From: Malacoraja senta
Lineage: Eukaryota
Reading direction: 5' to 3'
Assembly (NCBI GenBank): GCA_038087875.1
Contig: CM075996.1
Location: forward strand, 682,001-746,000
Length of the DNA: 64,000 nucleotides
Under the pieces are notes generated by a model. It was given only the letters and a program-made list of their open reading frames with translations. It was not told the origin of the DNA and ran no database searches. The position numbers and the translations under genes are program-made. Positions 1-11,494 of this stretch are shown piece by piece. How positions within the stretch are numbered: position 1 is the stretch's first letter; each line of letters opens with the position of its first letter.

Positions 1-214
1 GTATTTACAGTCCTTGGATTATATAGTGCCCCGAGGGCAATTCATATTACCATTTGATAATAAGATTCACATCTTAAGAAATATGCAAATTACTGGTATC
101 CTGAACTTTAATATGCAACACCCAAATATATAACATACACACCTAAGTATGCCACCAATCATTAAAACAGCTGACTTGGTTTGTGTTTGAAGGTGTATCA
201 GGGTGTTTGTAGAT

Positions 215-859
215 CAAGGCAGGCACAGAAGGCAGTGAAGAAAGCTAATGGCATGTTGGCCTTCATAACAAGAGGAGTTCCGTATAGGAACAAAGAAGTC
301 CATCTGCAGTTGTACAGGGCCCTAGTGAGACCACACCTGGAGTACTGTTTGTAGTTTTGGTCCCCAAATTTGAGGAAGGACATTCTTGCTATTAAGGGAG
401 TGCAGCGTAGGTTCACGAGGTTAATTCCCGGGATGACGGGACTGTCATATGTTGAAATAATGGAGCAACTGGGATGTAGAAGGATGTGAGGGGATCTTAT
501 TGAAGCATATAAGATTATTAAGGGATTGGACACGCTAGAGGCAGGAAACATGTTCCTGATGTTGGGGAAGTCCAGAACTAGGGGTCACAGTTTAAGAATA
601 AGAATGGAGATGAAGAAAAACGTTTTCACCCAGAAAGTTGTGAATCCGTGGAATTCTCTGCCTCAGAAGGTAGTGGAGGCCAATTATCTGGATGTTTTCA
701 AGAGAGAATTAGATAGAGCTCTTAAGGACAGCAGAGTCAAAAGATATGGGAGAAGGCAGGAACAGCGCACTGATTGTGGATGATCAGCCATGATCACAGT
801 GAATGGCGGTGCTGGCTCGAAGGGCCGAATGGCCAACTGCACCTATTGTCTATTGTCTA
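215..859 (+). mobile_element. CR1-clade LINE, 5'-truncated 3' fragment
   Basis: Degenerate RT C-terminus (KKANGMLAFI, LYRALVRPHLEYC, TRGHSLRI, WNSLP) ending in a (TATTGTC)n tail at about 844-859. Confidence 0.9.
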
Positions 860-929
860 AGGCCTCAATCCGGTACAAAGCTTATGGCAGTGATCCCTGC
901 CTTTTTATACAATTCTGAGACCTGCATCT

Positions 930-1195
930 CAGAGCTACTGCCTTACAGCGCCAGAGACCCAGGTTCAATCCTGACTGCAGGTGCTTGTCTGTACAGACCT
1001 TGTACATTCTCCCTGCGAACGCGTGGGTTTTCTCCGAGATCTTCGGTTTCCTCCCACACTTCAAAGACGTAAAGATTTGTCGGTTTATTGGCTTGGTATA
1101 AATGTAAACTGTCCCTAGTGTGTGTAGGATAGTGTTAGTGTGTGGGGTCACTAGTAGTTATGGTTGGGTATAGTCGGTTTATAAATTAAACTAAA
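930..1195 (+). mobile_element. HE1-type tRNA-derived V-SINE
   Basis: B-box-like GGTTCAATCC and core GTGGGTTTTCTCC..GGTTTCCTCCCACA; same family recurs about ten times in the window. Confidence 0.8.
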
Positions 1196-1716
1196 CCTGG
1201 ACCACCTGTAGCGGGCACTTCAAGACACTGCGAATGTACCACCAATGCCACTTTCACAAAACCTTCCAAATTCGCTGGAAGGATAAGGAAACTAACATCA
1301 GTACATAAAATTATAAGAGGCATGGTCAGAACCTTTTTCATTTTCGCACGGTAGAATCGCTTTGTGAACATTGAATCCTCCAATTTTAGGTAACAAGCCA
1401 ACCCCCCACCTACCCCTGTGCCCCACCCAGATGCACACTCATTTCTCCCACACTCCCCTCCCCCGGCCCACCTCGCCATTTCCCCTCCCACCCACATTCC
1501 TTCCTCTTGCTTCACATTTCACTCCCCCTATTTTACAGCCCCTGTGAATGCATGTGTTTTATCCAGGTGCCGCGGTTTCCGCCCACACTCCAAGGACGTG
1601 GAGATTTGTAGGTTGTGTAGGAAGACACTGCAGATGCTGGTTTAAACCAAAGATAGACACAAAATGCTGGGGTAACTCAGTGGGACAGGCAAATTCCCTG
1701 GAGAGAAGGAATAGGT

Positions 1717-1744
1717 GACGTTTCGGGTCGAGACCCTTCATCAG
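1717..1744 (-). ncRNA. Minimal hammerhead ribozyme-like motif
   Basis: Reverse complement reads CTGATGA-A-GGGT-CTCG-ACCC-GAAAC-GTC. Confidence 0.65.
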
Positions 1745-1752
1745 ACTTCATT

Positions 1753-1780
1753 CTGAAGAAGGGTCTCGACCCGAAACGTC
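1753..1780 (+). ncRNA. Minimal hammerhead ribozyme-like motif
   Basis: CTGAAGA-A-GGGT-CTCG-ACCC-GAAAC-GTC. Confidence 0.65.
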
Positions 1781-2283
1781 ACCCATTCCTTCCCTCCAGA
1801 GGTTTGTAGGTAATTGGTGTCTATAAAAAAATCTAAATTGTCCCTAGTGTTTGCAGGACAGTGTTAGCGTACTGGGTGATTGCTGTTCTGCTCGGACACA
1901 GTGAGCCAAATGACCTGTTTCCACGCTGTATCTCTAAAGTCTAAATCAGAATCACACAGTCATAGAATAGTTCAGCCTGAAGGAATTCAATCGACCATTG
2001 GGTCTGGACCAGAAAGAGAAGTCCAGTTAATAGTAGTCCTCTATTCTTAGCCCAGATCTCCACAATTTTTTTTTACTCTCCAAGACTCTTATAAAAACAA
2101 ATACTGAATCTTCAACCATCATCATATCAAGTCATGCATTCCAAATCACAATCATTTATTCCATAAATATTTCCTGTTGGCACCCCAGTTCTTTTTGCCA
2201 CTCACCTTATTAACCGTGGCATTATTATTAAGCAGTTATCATTCTGCAGCAAATCATGCAGGAAGGTGCTTTCTGACATTAAG

Positions 2284-2450
2284 CGCAATACCGTGGCTCA
2301 GCATGCTGTTGTCAATGACCCGGATTCAACACTGATTCCAGTGCTATCTGTGTGGAGTCTTCATGTTCTCCCTGTGACTACACGGGCTTTCCCTGCGTGC
2401 TCTGGTTTCCTCCCATAAGCCAAATGTATGCTGATTATTTTATAATTTCC
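2284..2450 (+). mobile_element. Degenerate HE1-type SINE
   Basis: Diverged head and core (GTTCTCCCTGTGAC, GGTTTCCTCCCA). Confidence 0.6.
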
Positions 2451-2459
2451 CTTCATGTT

Positions 2460-2780
2460 CTCTTATAGATACATATAAAATTATAAAAGGACTGGACAAG
2501 CTAGATGCAGGAAAAATGTTCCCAATGTTGGGCGAGTCCAGAACCAGGGGCCAGTCTTAGAATAAAGGGGAGGTCATTTAAAACTTTTTCACCCAGAGAG
2601 TTGTGAATTTATGGAATTCCCTGCCACAGAGGGCAGTGGAGGCCAAATCATGGATTTAAGAGAGAGTAAGACAGAGCTCTAGGGGCTAGTGGAGTCAAGG
2701 GATATGGGGAGAAGGCAGGCACGGGTTATTGATAGGGGACGATCAGCCATGATCACAATGAATGGCGGTGCTGGCTCGAA
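2460..2780 (+). mobile_element. CR1 LINE 3' fragment
   Basis: Highly similar to 500-820 and 59400-59730. Confidence 0.85.
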
Positions 2781-3204
2781 TGTGCAGTTAAAAATGTATT
2801 TAACATCACCTCCAAAGCTCTCTGACTTTTTCAAAAGGGCTTGTTAGTGGAAACTATTGATGGAGACACAAAGAATTGCAGAAGCTGGAATCTCGGGGAT
2901 AAGCAACATTTTGGGACAGGGCCGTTCTTTCTGTCCTCTAGAGATGCTGCCTGACCCATTGAGTTACTCTCGCACTTTGTGCACTAACGCCATTGACGTT
3001 GCATCTACTTCTTCACCTGGGGGAACATGGCACTTCTTGATTCAATTCCATATAATTTTGTTTTGTCCCTTCCATTGTTTTCATTAGGTCAACTTCTCAA
3101 ATAGATTTGTAACCACCTAGCTCTTCAATACTTTGTTGTATGACACTTGTCGAACAGAAGCGATTTTCATGTGCGCTTCCAATTCCATCTACCTCTTTCA
3201 CAAG

Positions 3205-3290
3205 AAGAAGGCTCGACCAGAAACATTGCCTATTTCCTTCGCTCCATAGATGCTGCCTCACCCGCTGAGATTCTCCAGCGTTTTTGACTA
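3205..3290 (+). mobile_element. Short Penelope-derived element
   Basis: Single arm of the repeat, flanked by direct repeat CTACCTCTTTCACAAGA (3189-3205, 3288-3304). Confidence 0.7.
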
Positions 3291-5042
3291 CCTCTTTCAC
3301 AAGATAGGTTTTGGAACTGTTTGCTTCCACTGTCACTCCAACATTCCATTTCCAAATGTTAGGTTCATTAAGTGGTGTTAACACACAAACTACATCATGT
3401 TGTTTAAAATGTCTCCATGGTTGAGTCATAATTTTGTTTCTGTTTCAATTTCTTCCCTTTCCCTCTCAAGATTTGGCTGAATAAAGCTCATCTGCTCTGA
3501 ATCTTCCACGCATTAATGACTCAGTAGGTTGTGGAAACTGGCATTGTTCTGTCATTTAACAAAAAAGTTTGCTAATTGATGAAATATATTAATATCTCTG
3601 ACTGGCATTATAGGTCAGTGATCTTTAGATATTTAAACTTAAAAAGTCCCACAACAAATTTCCAATGTGATCAAAGCCAAGAAAAAATCAAAGTGGGCAG
3701 ATGGATGGCAGATACAGTTGAATCATCGGAAGTATTACATATTGAGAAAATTACTGAAAAAGGACAGAGATGTCTAGTAATATAGTTTCATAGATTATTG
3801 AAGGTTATGAGAAAGGGATTTAACTAAAACAGATTGAAATCTGGATTATATGTAGACTGCTGAATAGATGCATCAACAAGGCTGATTTTCTGCAAGATAT
3901 TAGTTAGGCCACATTTGGAATATTAAATACAGCCCTGAGCTTTCCTTTTGCGAGTTGGAATATCCAAGTAACAGAAAAGCGGAGATAAAGATTTACTGAT
4001 ATATCAATAGCAATACCTTTGAGAGTATTTAACAAACCTTTGATTCTATGCCTGGAACAATGGCAGCAGATGCAGGGGCACCACCATATGCATGTTTCTC
4101 TCCATGTCACAGATCATCCTGATTTGAATTAAGTCACTGCTCTATTCTGATCATGGTCTAAACCCTGAAAAATGCCCTACCCTGCACCACTGGGGGATTA
4201 TTTTCCCCACACAAAGTAAAGCAGATCATGAAGACAGTTCACCATCACCTTCTCAAGAGCAGTCTTGGTCACATCCCATCATTAATAAATAGGCAGTGGA
4301 TGCAAAGCTAGGAATTGCAGTGAAGTTTCATCATTGGAACATCAAATGTTAAAAGTGTAAAAAGCTTTGGGAGATTAATCAAAGGGAAAAGGACTCCATG
4401 ATTTGGGAGAATTAATAACAAGGGGATATAGACTGAATTTTATCACAGGAAGGAATACAGGGTAAGACAGAGCAAAGGCTTTCACCTAGAGCGTTACCAC
4501 AACAGAGAGTGATTTATCACAAGTGGTTACTGAGGCAGAGGCATGACATCGCTTAAAAGGGAATTGAACAAGGATTTGAAAAGGAAGGACAAATGGTACT
4601 AAAGTAGACAACTTTAAAAGAGTTAGCGCAAGAGGAGTTGGCTGAGTGCCCTTTTCTGTTCTGTAATGATTTTGATTTTCCTAAATTAATCAACTGACCC
4701 AGCAGGAGCCTATATAATCTCACTGGTTTGTCTGTCCAATATATTCTCTGTCTATTTTGTGCCTGATAGGGCCAGTCTGTACTTCTCTTAAGTTCTTGAT
4801 GGCAGTTCATACACATCTGCCTCCGAATGTCTAGTTACTTAAAGAAACAGTACATCACCACACTTCGAGCGTAGCCAAGCCTGTAATATTCTCATTAACA
4901 CAGGAATGGGAAGGTCATTACTCATCGGTTGCACATAACGGAGAGTGAGACAAAGTACAAGATAGTTGGCACACTGTAACACACACAAGTCCAGGTAGTC
5001 TATTGATTACCAAATTTTGCTCCATTGCAGCTGATAGATGTC

Positions 5043-5233
5043 GAAACAAGGAACTGCAGATGCAAAAAAGACACAAAGTACTGGAGAAAGTCAGCGGGTC
5101 AAGCATGGATAAGTGACGTTTCAGGTCAGGACCCTTCTTCAGACAGAGAAGGATCCCAACAAACGTCAACTATCCATGTTCTCCAGAAATGCGGCCTAGC
5201 CCGCCTAATTACTCCAATACTTTGTGTCATTTT
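5043..5233. mobile_element. Penelope-derived inverted-repeat element
   Basis: Inverted arms; TSD CAGCTGATAGATGTC (5028-5042) / CAGCGGATAGATGTC (5234-5248). Confidence 0.75.
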
Positions 5234-5242
5234 CAGCGGATA

Positions 5243-5610
5243 GATGTCCGTCTGGGAATGTTGCCGACTGGCCCATTCCAGACTGCAGGAATACAAGCCA
5301 AAGGACAGACCGAAGCTTGGTGCAGCCTATGCCAAGACTCTATGAAGGAGGACCGCACTCTACGGTTCTTCAGCTACCAAACATGGAAGGGGCCAGGTCT
5401 GGTGCAGATACCCCTCAAACATGGGAAGGGATATCACCCCAGGTGCCACACGAGTGTGGTAAATGTGTTTTCCGTAAAGAAAGTTGTGAACGTGACTGAG
5501 TATAACGCTATTGAAGGTATAGATACTGTGAATGTATGAAGAGTTTTTGCAGTTTTTGCTTTGTATATGATTTTTATTCTGAATAAAGTTTGAAATAAAA
5601 AAATAAAATA
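5243..5610 (+). mobile_element. Tx1/L1-like LINE 3' end
   Basis: ORF2-end-like peptide (ECCRLAHSRLQEY..LGAAYAK), AATAAA and A-rich tail; GCAGCTGATAG duplicated at 5027-5037 and 5611-5621. Confidence 0.6.
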
Positions 5611-5621
5611 GCAGCTGATAG

Positions 5622-6095
5622 CACCAAGACGAAGCTGAAGTTATACCAGAGCTGTGTCCTCTCCACCCTCCTATATGGCTCGGAATGCTGGAGAATGACA
5701 GTGAGCGACATCAACCAGCTGTCAGTCTTCCATACTAAGAACCTGAAAAGAATCCTTAGAATATTTTGGCCAAACACCATATCCAACCAAGATCTCCTTG
5801 CTCAATGCCAACAAGAGAGCATGGACACCATCATCATGAGAAGGCGCTGGAACTGGATTGGCCATATACTGAGAAGAGAACCAGACAGCATCCCAAGAAT
5901 AGCCCTGCACTGGACACCGGAAGGGAAAAGGAAAAGAGTGAGACCCAAAACCACCTGGCGTCGAACTGTTGAGGAGGAAATGAAAACAATGGACCTGACC
6001 TGGGGTAGTGTCCAGAAGCTAGCCCAGAACAGACTGGAGTGGAGGACCTTCGTTGCTGCCCTACATGCCAGGAGGCATAATAGGCAGTAAGTAAG
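5622..6095 (+). mobile_element. RTE-clade LINE 3' fragment
   Basis: ORF 5695-6090 has RRWNWIGHILR, ALHWTPEGKRKRxRPKTTWRRT, AQNRLEWR; short TAAG tail. Confidence 0.9.
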
Positions 6096-6684
6096 AAAGT
6101 TATAGCTAAATGCAATGCCTCACAAACTGTTCAACATGCCCTATTTGAATAGTTTGGATTGAGAAATCAAAGGCAAAAGTGTTTACATCTCTGGAGGAAT
6201 TTTAGAGCATAAATGGGAAGAATTCAGAGCACACAGCACCATGGAAGCATTACTTTACATGGCAAGTTGTGATGTGGATTGCACTTCTTTAGATGGGGTG
6301 AGTGAAGAGGGTGGAATTAGATTCAACAGGATCTTTGAGAAGGGAATGTTATAAGGAGGAAGAAGTCTATGCAAAGCACAAAGTGACGGAATAACTCAGC
6401 AGGTCAAGCAGCAACTGTGGATAACATGGGTGTGCAATGATGAGGTATCGGGTCAGAACCTCTCTGATAATATTAAAAATATTATGTGTGTGTTGGGAAA
6501 GAATGGGAGGGGCTGACTTAGGTTTTCAAGAAGCTAGGTTATGCATGATGGGCTGAATGTACTCTCTCTGTCCCCTCAACTGGTGGAAGTTCTACAAAAC
6601 CTGAAATTAAATACTTGGTAAGCAACTGAGAAAGTTAAGGACAGAATGGCTCAAGTTGAGAGCTTCAGTTCTATATTACATTGT

Positions 6685-7014
6685 AGATAGACACAAAATG
6701 CTAGAGTAAAGGGCCTGTCCCACGTTTACGACCTAATTCACGACCTTTTTTACTCGTGGACATTTTTCATCAGGCTAGAAAAACGCCCCGACCTACTTGA
6801 TGCCACGAGTACCTACTAGAATCACGACCTACCTACGACCTCCTATGACCTTGTGACGACCATGCTGCGAGTATGAGTCAAGGGCAAACTCGGCAGAGGT
6901 CGTGAATTAGGTCGTGAAAGTGGGACCAGCCCTTAACTCAGCGGGACAACTGAGTCACTCCAGCATTTTGTGTCTATCTTCGGTTTAAACCAGCATCTGC
7001 AGCTCCTTCCTACA
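6685..7014. mobile_element. Penelope-derived inverted-repeat element hosting a MITE
   Basis: TSD CTATATTACATTGT (6671-6684) / CTATATTACACTGT (7015-7028). Confidence 0.75.
6710..6933. mobile_element. PIF/Harbinger-type MITE
   Basis: TIR AGGGCCTGTCCCAC / GTGGGACCAGCCCT, TAA TSD (6707-6709, 6934-6936), internal ACGACC repeats. Confidence 0.85.
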
Positions 7015-7179
7015 CTATATTACACTGTGCATCCGTTTGAATCCCACCAGCTCCACTCTGTGGTATGGCCCCCTTTTGTGGTGTAGAAAGTAATAGTGGT
7101 TAAAAATGAACCAAGTAGGGTTTAAAATTAAAAGTTGACCCATAAGTCACTCTACCACGGCAAATCCAAACAAGCAGAG

Positions 7180-7560
7180 CACCTACATTCCATCTCAATG
7201 GCGATCCTGAGCTGTCTGTTGAAGGCCACTTTAACTCCCCATCCCATGCACACACTGACCTGTCCATCCTTGGTGTAGTAGCCATTTAGCTACTGTCACT
7301 ATACATGTAAATATGTCACTACACTCGGCGTTCTCCACTGCCATGATGAAGACAAATGTAAAATTGAAGAACAACTGATTATCTGCCTAGGTAGCCTACA
7401 GCCCAATAGTATGAACATTATATTTTACAACTTATTCCCCTGCACCCCTGTGTCCCCGTCTGCTTTCTCTTCTTCTGATCTACTTAGGTTCTCCCACTGT
7501 CTTGTTCCATAGCCCTCTCTAACCCCCAACCCCCCCCCCCCCCCACCTCGTCATGCAGTT
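7180..7560 (+). mobile_element. Degenerate Penelope 3' end (GIY-YIG tail)
   Basis: HFNSPSH..KCKIEEQLIICLGSLQPNSMNI, similar to 43827-43997. Confidence 0.65.
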
Positions 7561-7599
7561 TTGTTCCTCTTCACCTGGCTCCATCCACCTACTACCGAC

Positions 7600-8135
7600 A
7601 CACAGGTTGACAGTGGGGGTGGGGAGGAGGCCGGTGATGGGAGATGGTTGGAGAATGTGTGCTTACCGGAGTGGAAGAGATATCACTTGAAATCAGAGGT
7701 AGACAAAAATGTTGGAGAAACTCAGCGGGTGAGGCAGCATCCATGGAGCGAAGGAAATAGGCAACCCTATTAATAGGCTTGTCGAGACCCTTCTTCAGAT
7801 TCACATTTTGGGTCGAGACCCTTCTTCAGAAGAAGGGTCTCGACCCGAAACGTTGCCTATTTCCTCCGCTCCATAGATGCTGCCTCACCCGCTGAGTTTC
7901 TCCAGCATTTTTGTCTGCCTTCGATTTTACAGCATCTGCAGTTCCTTCTTAAACACTTGAAATCAGAAAATTCAATGTTCATATTGTTGGGTTGTAAGCT
8001 ACCCAAGTGGAATATGGGGTTCTGTCCCTCTAGTTTGCACGTGGCCTCACTCTGGCAATAGAGGAGAACAAGAACAGAAATGTCAGTACAGGAATGGGAA
8101 GGGGAATTAAAATGGTTTGCAACCGGGTGATCCAG
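7600..8135 (-). mobile_element. Penelope 3' end interrupted by a younger palindromic Penelope-derived element (7698-7953)
   Basis: Reverse-strand GIY-YIG tail at 7960-8130; 14-bp TSD CACTTGAAATCAGA at 7684-7697 and 7954-7967. Confidence 0.75.
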
Positions 8136-9115
8136 CAGGCCTTGGGCACAGGGTGCAGTGACCTAGTGGTTAATTTATTAGTTACTGGATGAGTATCCAG
8201 CTGCCTGGGTTCCTGATCCAGGGACAAGAATATAGATTCTATTGAGACAGCTGGGAAAATTTGAATTACCTTATTTTAAATATTCCAGATTTATATAATT
8301 GATAACGTGCAAGTACCTGCAATTGCTTCATTGATATCTATGAAAAACAAATCTGCTTTATCTGCAACTCCAAAGCCACCAATGTGGTGGACTCCTAAAT
8401 AGCCTCTGAAATGGACCAGAGAGCCACTCCATTTGAGGCCAATTGGAAAGACTATTTGGCCCAAGGAAGGACTATTTCTTTCTAATAGTCCAGTCCCTTT
8501 ACACACTTTCTGGTGATCTTTATAGAGCTGGTGGAGCACTAAACTTTAGCCGCGTTCTCTCGACTAATTCATTATCCCCTCATCAAATTTATGAATCTGT
8601 AGAACATTATGGATAAACTAAAAAGTATAAAATACAAAATGGCTTATTAGCACATCAATATCCTTTTTATGGATGTGGTTAAAATAAGAGCAGGTTAAAT
8701 TGTCTGCTAAATCCTTGGGTAATGACAAGTATTTGTAAAGCACCTATAATACTAAAATCAGCATCGAGTGCATTAAGAATTGTTATGTATTTAAGAAAAT
8801 ATCTTCAATATGAGATGTGTCTCTTATGGACAAATTGGATTAAGTGAGATCGTGGAAGATAAAATCAAAATAATGCAGATGCGAGAAATCCTGAACAAAG
8901 AGTGCTGGAAATGTTCACTCTATCAGGAGAGAGGTTTAACATTTCAAGTTAATGACTTTTCATCAGATGTTACCAATCTAGTTTGTTTACAGGCTGTATT
9001 GAGGTGACTCCATGAGTTCAGTAAGTCACACTGTGCCAGTTAGCCTGTCACCTGTCTGCTAAAAGACTGAGAAACACCAATGCACAGAAGGAGTCTTCTT
9101 AAACAGCTAGAGTTT

Positions 9116-10631
9116 CAATTGCTGACGATTTTCCAGGGTCTTCTAAGTGAAAAGTACCTACATGATGTAAAGTATTTTTAACCATACCGTCTCTCCCTGG
9201 TTAATCTATTGCCTTGGGTCATTGCCTGGGGGAAGGTGTGTGGCTGTACAGGTCATACATAGCCTTTGGTGGAGGTAGTCTTGGTGGGGCCTAATGCCCA
9301 GGCTTTCAGTAATTAAAGCAATAGTGTACATATATATACATTCACAGACCACGTCCCCCCTCCTTCCAATCCAGATACACCATATAGACACAAACACACA
9401 CACATATCTACACAATTACCACAACAGATCTATAATTACAAGTGTAATATGAGATTACTACCCCTTCCCAGTGCTCCACATGGATTCACATACATTTCTG
9501 TCCCCTGCCACCAATTTCTTCCTCTTCTATCTTTGTCTCTTGCCTTTTGTCGCTTCAGCACTGGCCTTTGTCCAACCGCCTATCATCTAAACCCTCCCCA
9601 CCCACCCCCTCACCTGTATTCACCTATAACTTGCTAGGCTTTGTCCAGCCCCCACAGCTCTTCTGACTTGATCACTCACCCCAACCACAATCAGTCTGAA
9701 GAAGGGTCCCAAACTGAAGCATCACCCATCCATGTTCTCCAGATGCTGGCTGGCCTGCGGAGATACTCCAGAACTTTTGTCTTAGTACGAGGAGCTGTTC
9801 TTCCCGTTTTCATAACTCTGGCAAAGTAGGAGGCCGTGGGTAGGCTGGGCGGTATTGGAATGGAAAGGGGAATGAGCTGACTTGCAGCTGGGGGCTCCAG
9901 CTTCATTCCCATGTGACTTGCCTGTCCTGGGACTCCTCTACTGCCAGAGCGAGGTCACAAGAACATTGGAAGAATAGCCCTCATATTCCACTTGGGTAGC
10001 CTACAACTCAACAGCGTGAAAATTGAATTCACCAACTTCAGGTAGCCCCCTCTCTCTCCCTGATCTACCCAGGTGACAATCAAGCCCTGTTGCTGATGTT
10101 TTTCCAGGGTCTTCTCCTTCATGTCCCCACCCTATCTCAATACCTGGACCCACCTATCATTTGCCAGCTATTGCTTCAATCCTCCAATTGCTGACGATTT
10201 TCCAGGGTCTTCTAAGTGAAAAGTACCTACATGATGTAAAGTATTTTTAACCATACCGTCTCTCCCTGGTTAATCTATTGTCTTGGGTTATTGCCTGGGG
10301 GAAGGTGTGTGGCTGTACAGGTCATACATAGCCTTTGGTGGAGGTAGTCTTGGTGGGGCCTAATGCCCAGGCTTTCAGTAATTAAAACAATAGTGTACAT
10401 ATATATACATTCACAGACCACGTCCCCCCTCCTTCCAATCCAGATACACCATATAGACACAAACACACACACGTATCTACACAATTACCACAACAGATCA
10501 ATAATTATAAGTGTAATATGAGATTACTACCCCTTCCCAGTGCTCCACATGGATTCACATACATTTCTGTCCCCTTCCACCAATTTCTTCCTCTTCTATC
10601 TTTGTCTCTTGCCTTTTGTCGCTTCAGCACT
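9116..10631 (+). repeat. 447-bp direct duplication (9116-9562 and 10185-10631)
   Basis: Near-identical copies offset by 1069 bp; duplicated ORFs at 9206 and 10275; Penelope remnants between and after the copies. Confidence 0.95.
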
Positions 10632-11311
10632 TCCCCTCACCTCTTTCTACTAGCTATCTTCCCGCTACTCCAGTCTTGACCAAGGATCCCAAGCCAAAAA
10701 GCCACCTGTCCATTTCTCTCCATGGATGCTGCCTGACCCACTGAATTCCTCCAGCATTGTTTTTGTATTCACACTCACATGTATATTCATATAATAATCC
10801 CTGCACATACACACAGATGCCGATGAGAAACAGTGAACTATTTCAAATAAATCATTTTAACAGAGCTGGATCGATGATTCCAGGTGGAATACTCTCTGGG
10901 TGATGTTTCCTGGCTGGCTGATGGGAGCCAAAGGTGGCGTGGGAGTGGAGTGTGGGAAAAGCGGTAGAAGTGGAGGGGAGGGGAGGGGAGCAGGTGACAT
11001 CATAAATTACATCACGGGTCTTACTTCAGATCCTTACTTCAGATCCTTACTCAGATCATTCATAAAGATAAAATGACTTTATGTTCTTCATTAAACTATA
11101 AATTAAATGAGGATCTGCTCTTAAAATACCGTATCTACAGAACTACAACTACGACGATAAAAGGCTCTGAGAAAATTATTTGCTATGTTGGGTTTTCTGT
11201 CATTCCAGTATATATATACACATTCATACGAGTCTGAAGAAGGGTTTCGGCCCGAAATGTTGCCTATTTCCTTCGCTCCATAGATGCTGCTGCACCCACT
11301 GAGTTTCTCCA

Positions 11312-11494
11312 NNNNNNNNNNNNNNNNNNNNNNNNNNNNNNNNNNNNNNNNNNNNNNNNNNNNNNNNNNNNNNNNNNNNNNNNNNNNNNNNNNNNNNNNN
11401 NNNNNNNNNNNNNNNNNNNNNNNNNNNNNNNNNNNNNNNNNNNNNNNNNNNNNNNNNNNNNNNNNNNNNNNNNNNNNNNNNNNNNNNNNNNNNN
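11312..11494. other. Assembly gap
   Basis: Run of N next to a Penelope-derived arm (about 11231-11311). Confidence 1.

Larger units (their letters stand above)
1614..1799. mobile_element. Penelope-derived inverted-repeat element with two hammerhead-like cores
   Basis: Inverted arms; TSD AGATTTGTAGGT (1602-1613) / AGGTTTGTAGGT (1800-1811). Confidence 0.8.
1550..1945 (+). mobile_element. HE1-type SINE 3' part, split by a Penelope-derived insertion
   Basis: SINE core stops at 1613 and resumes at 1800, ending in a TCTAAAGTCTAAA tail. Confidence 0.75.

Noticed and set aside
198-551. 117-aa minus ORF and its homologue at 59093-59458
   Set aside because: Antisense shadows of CR1 RT, not genes
6721-6920. 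Repeated ACGACC motifs resembling a CRISPR-like array
   Set aside because: Irregular subterminal motifs inside a MITE in a eukaryotic genome
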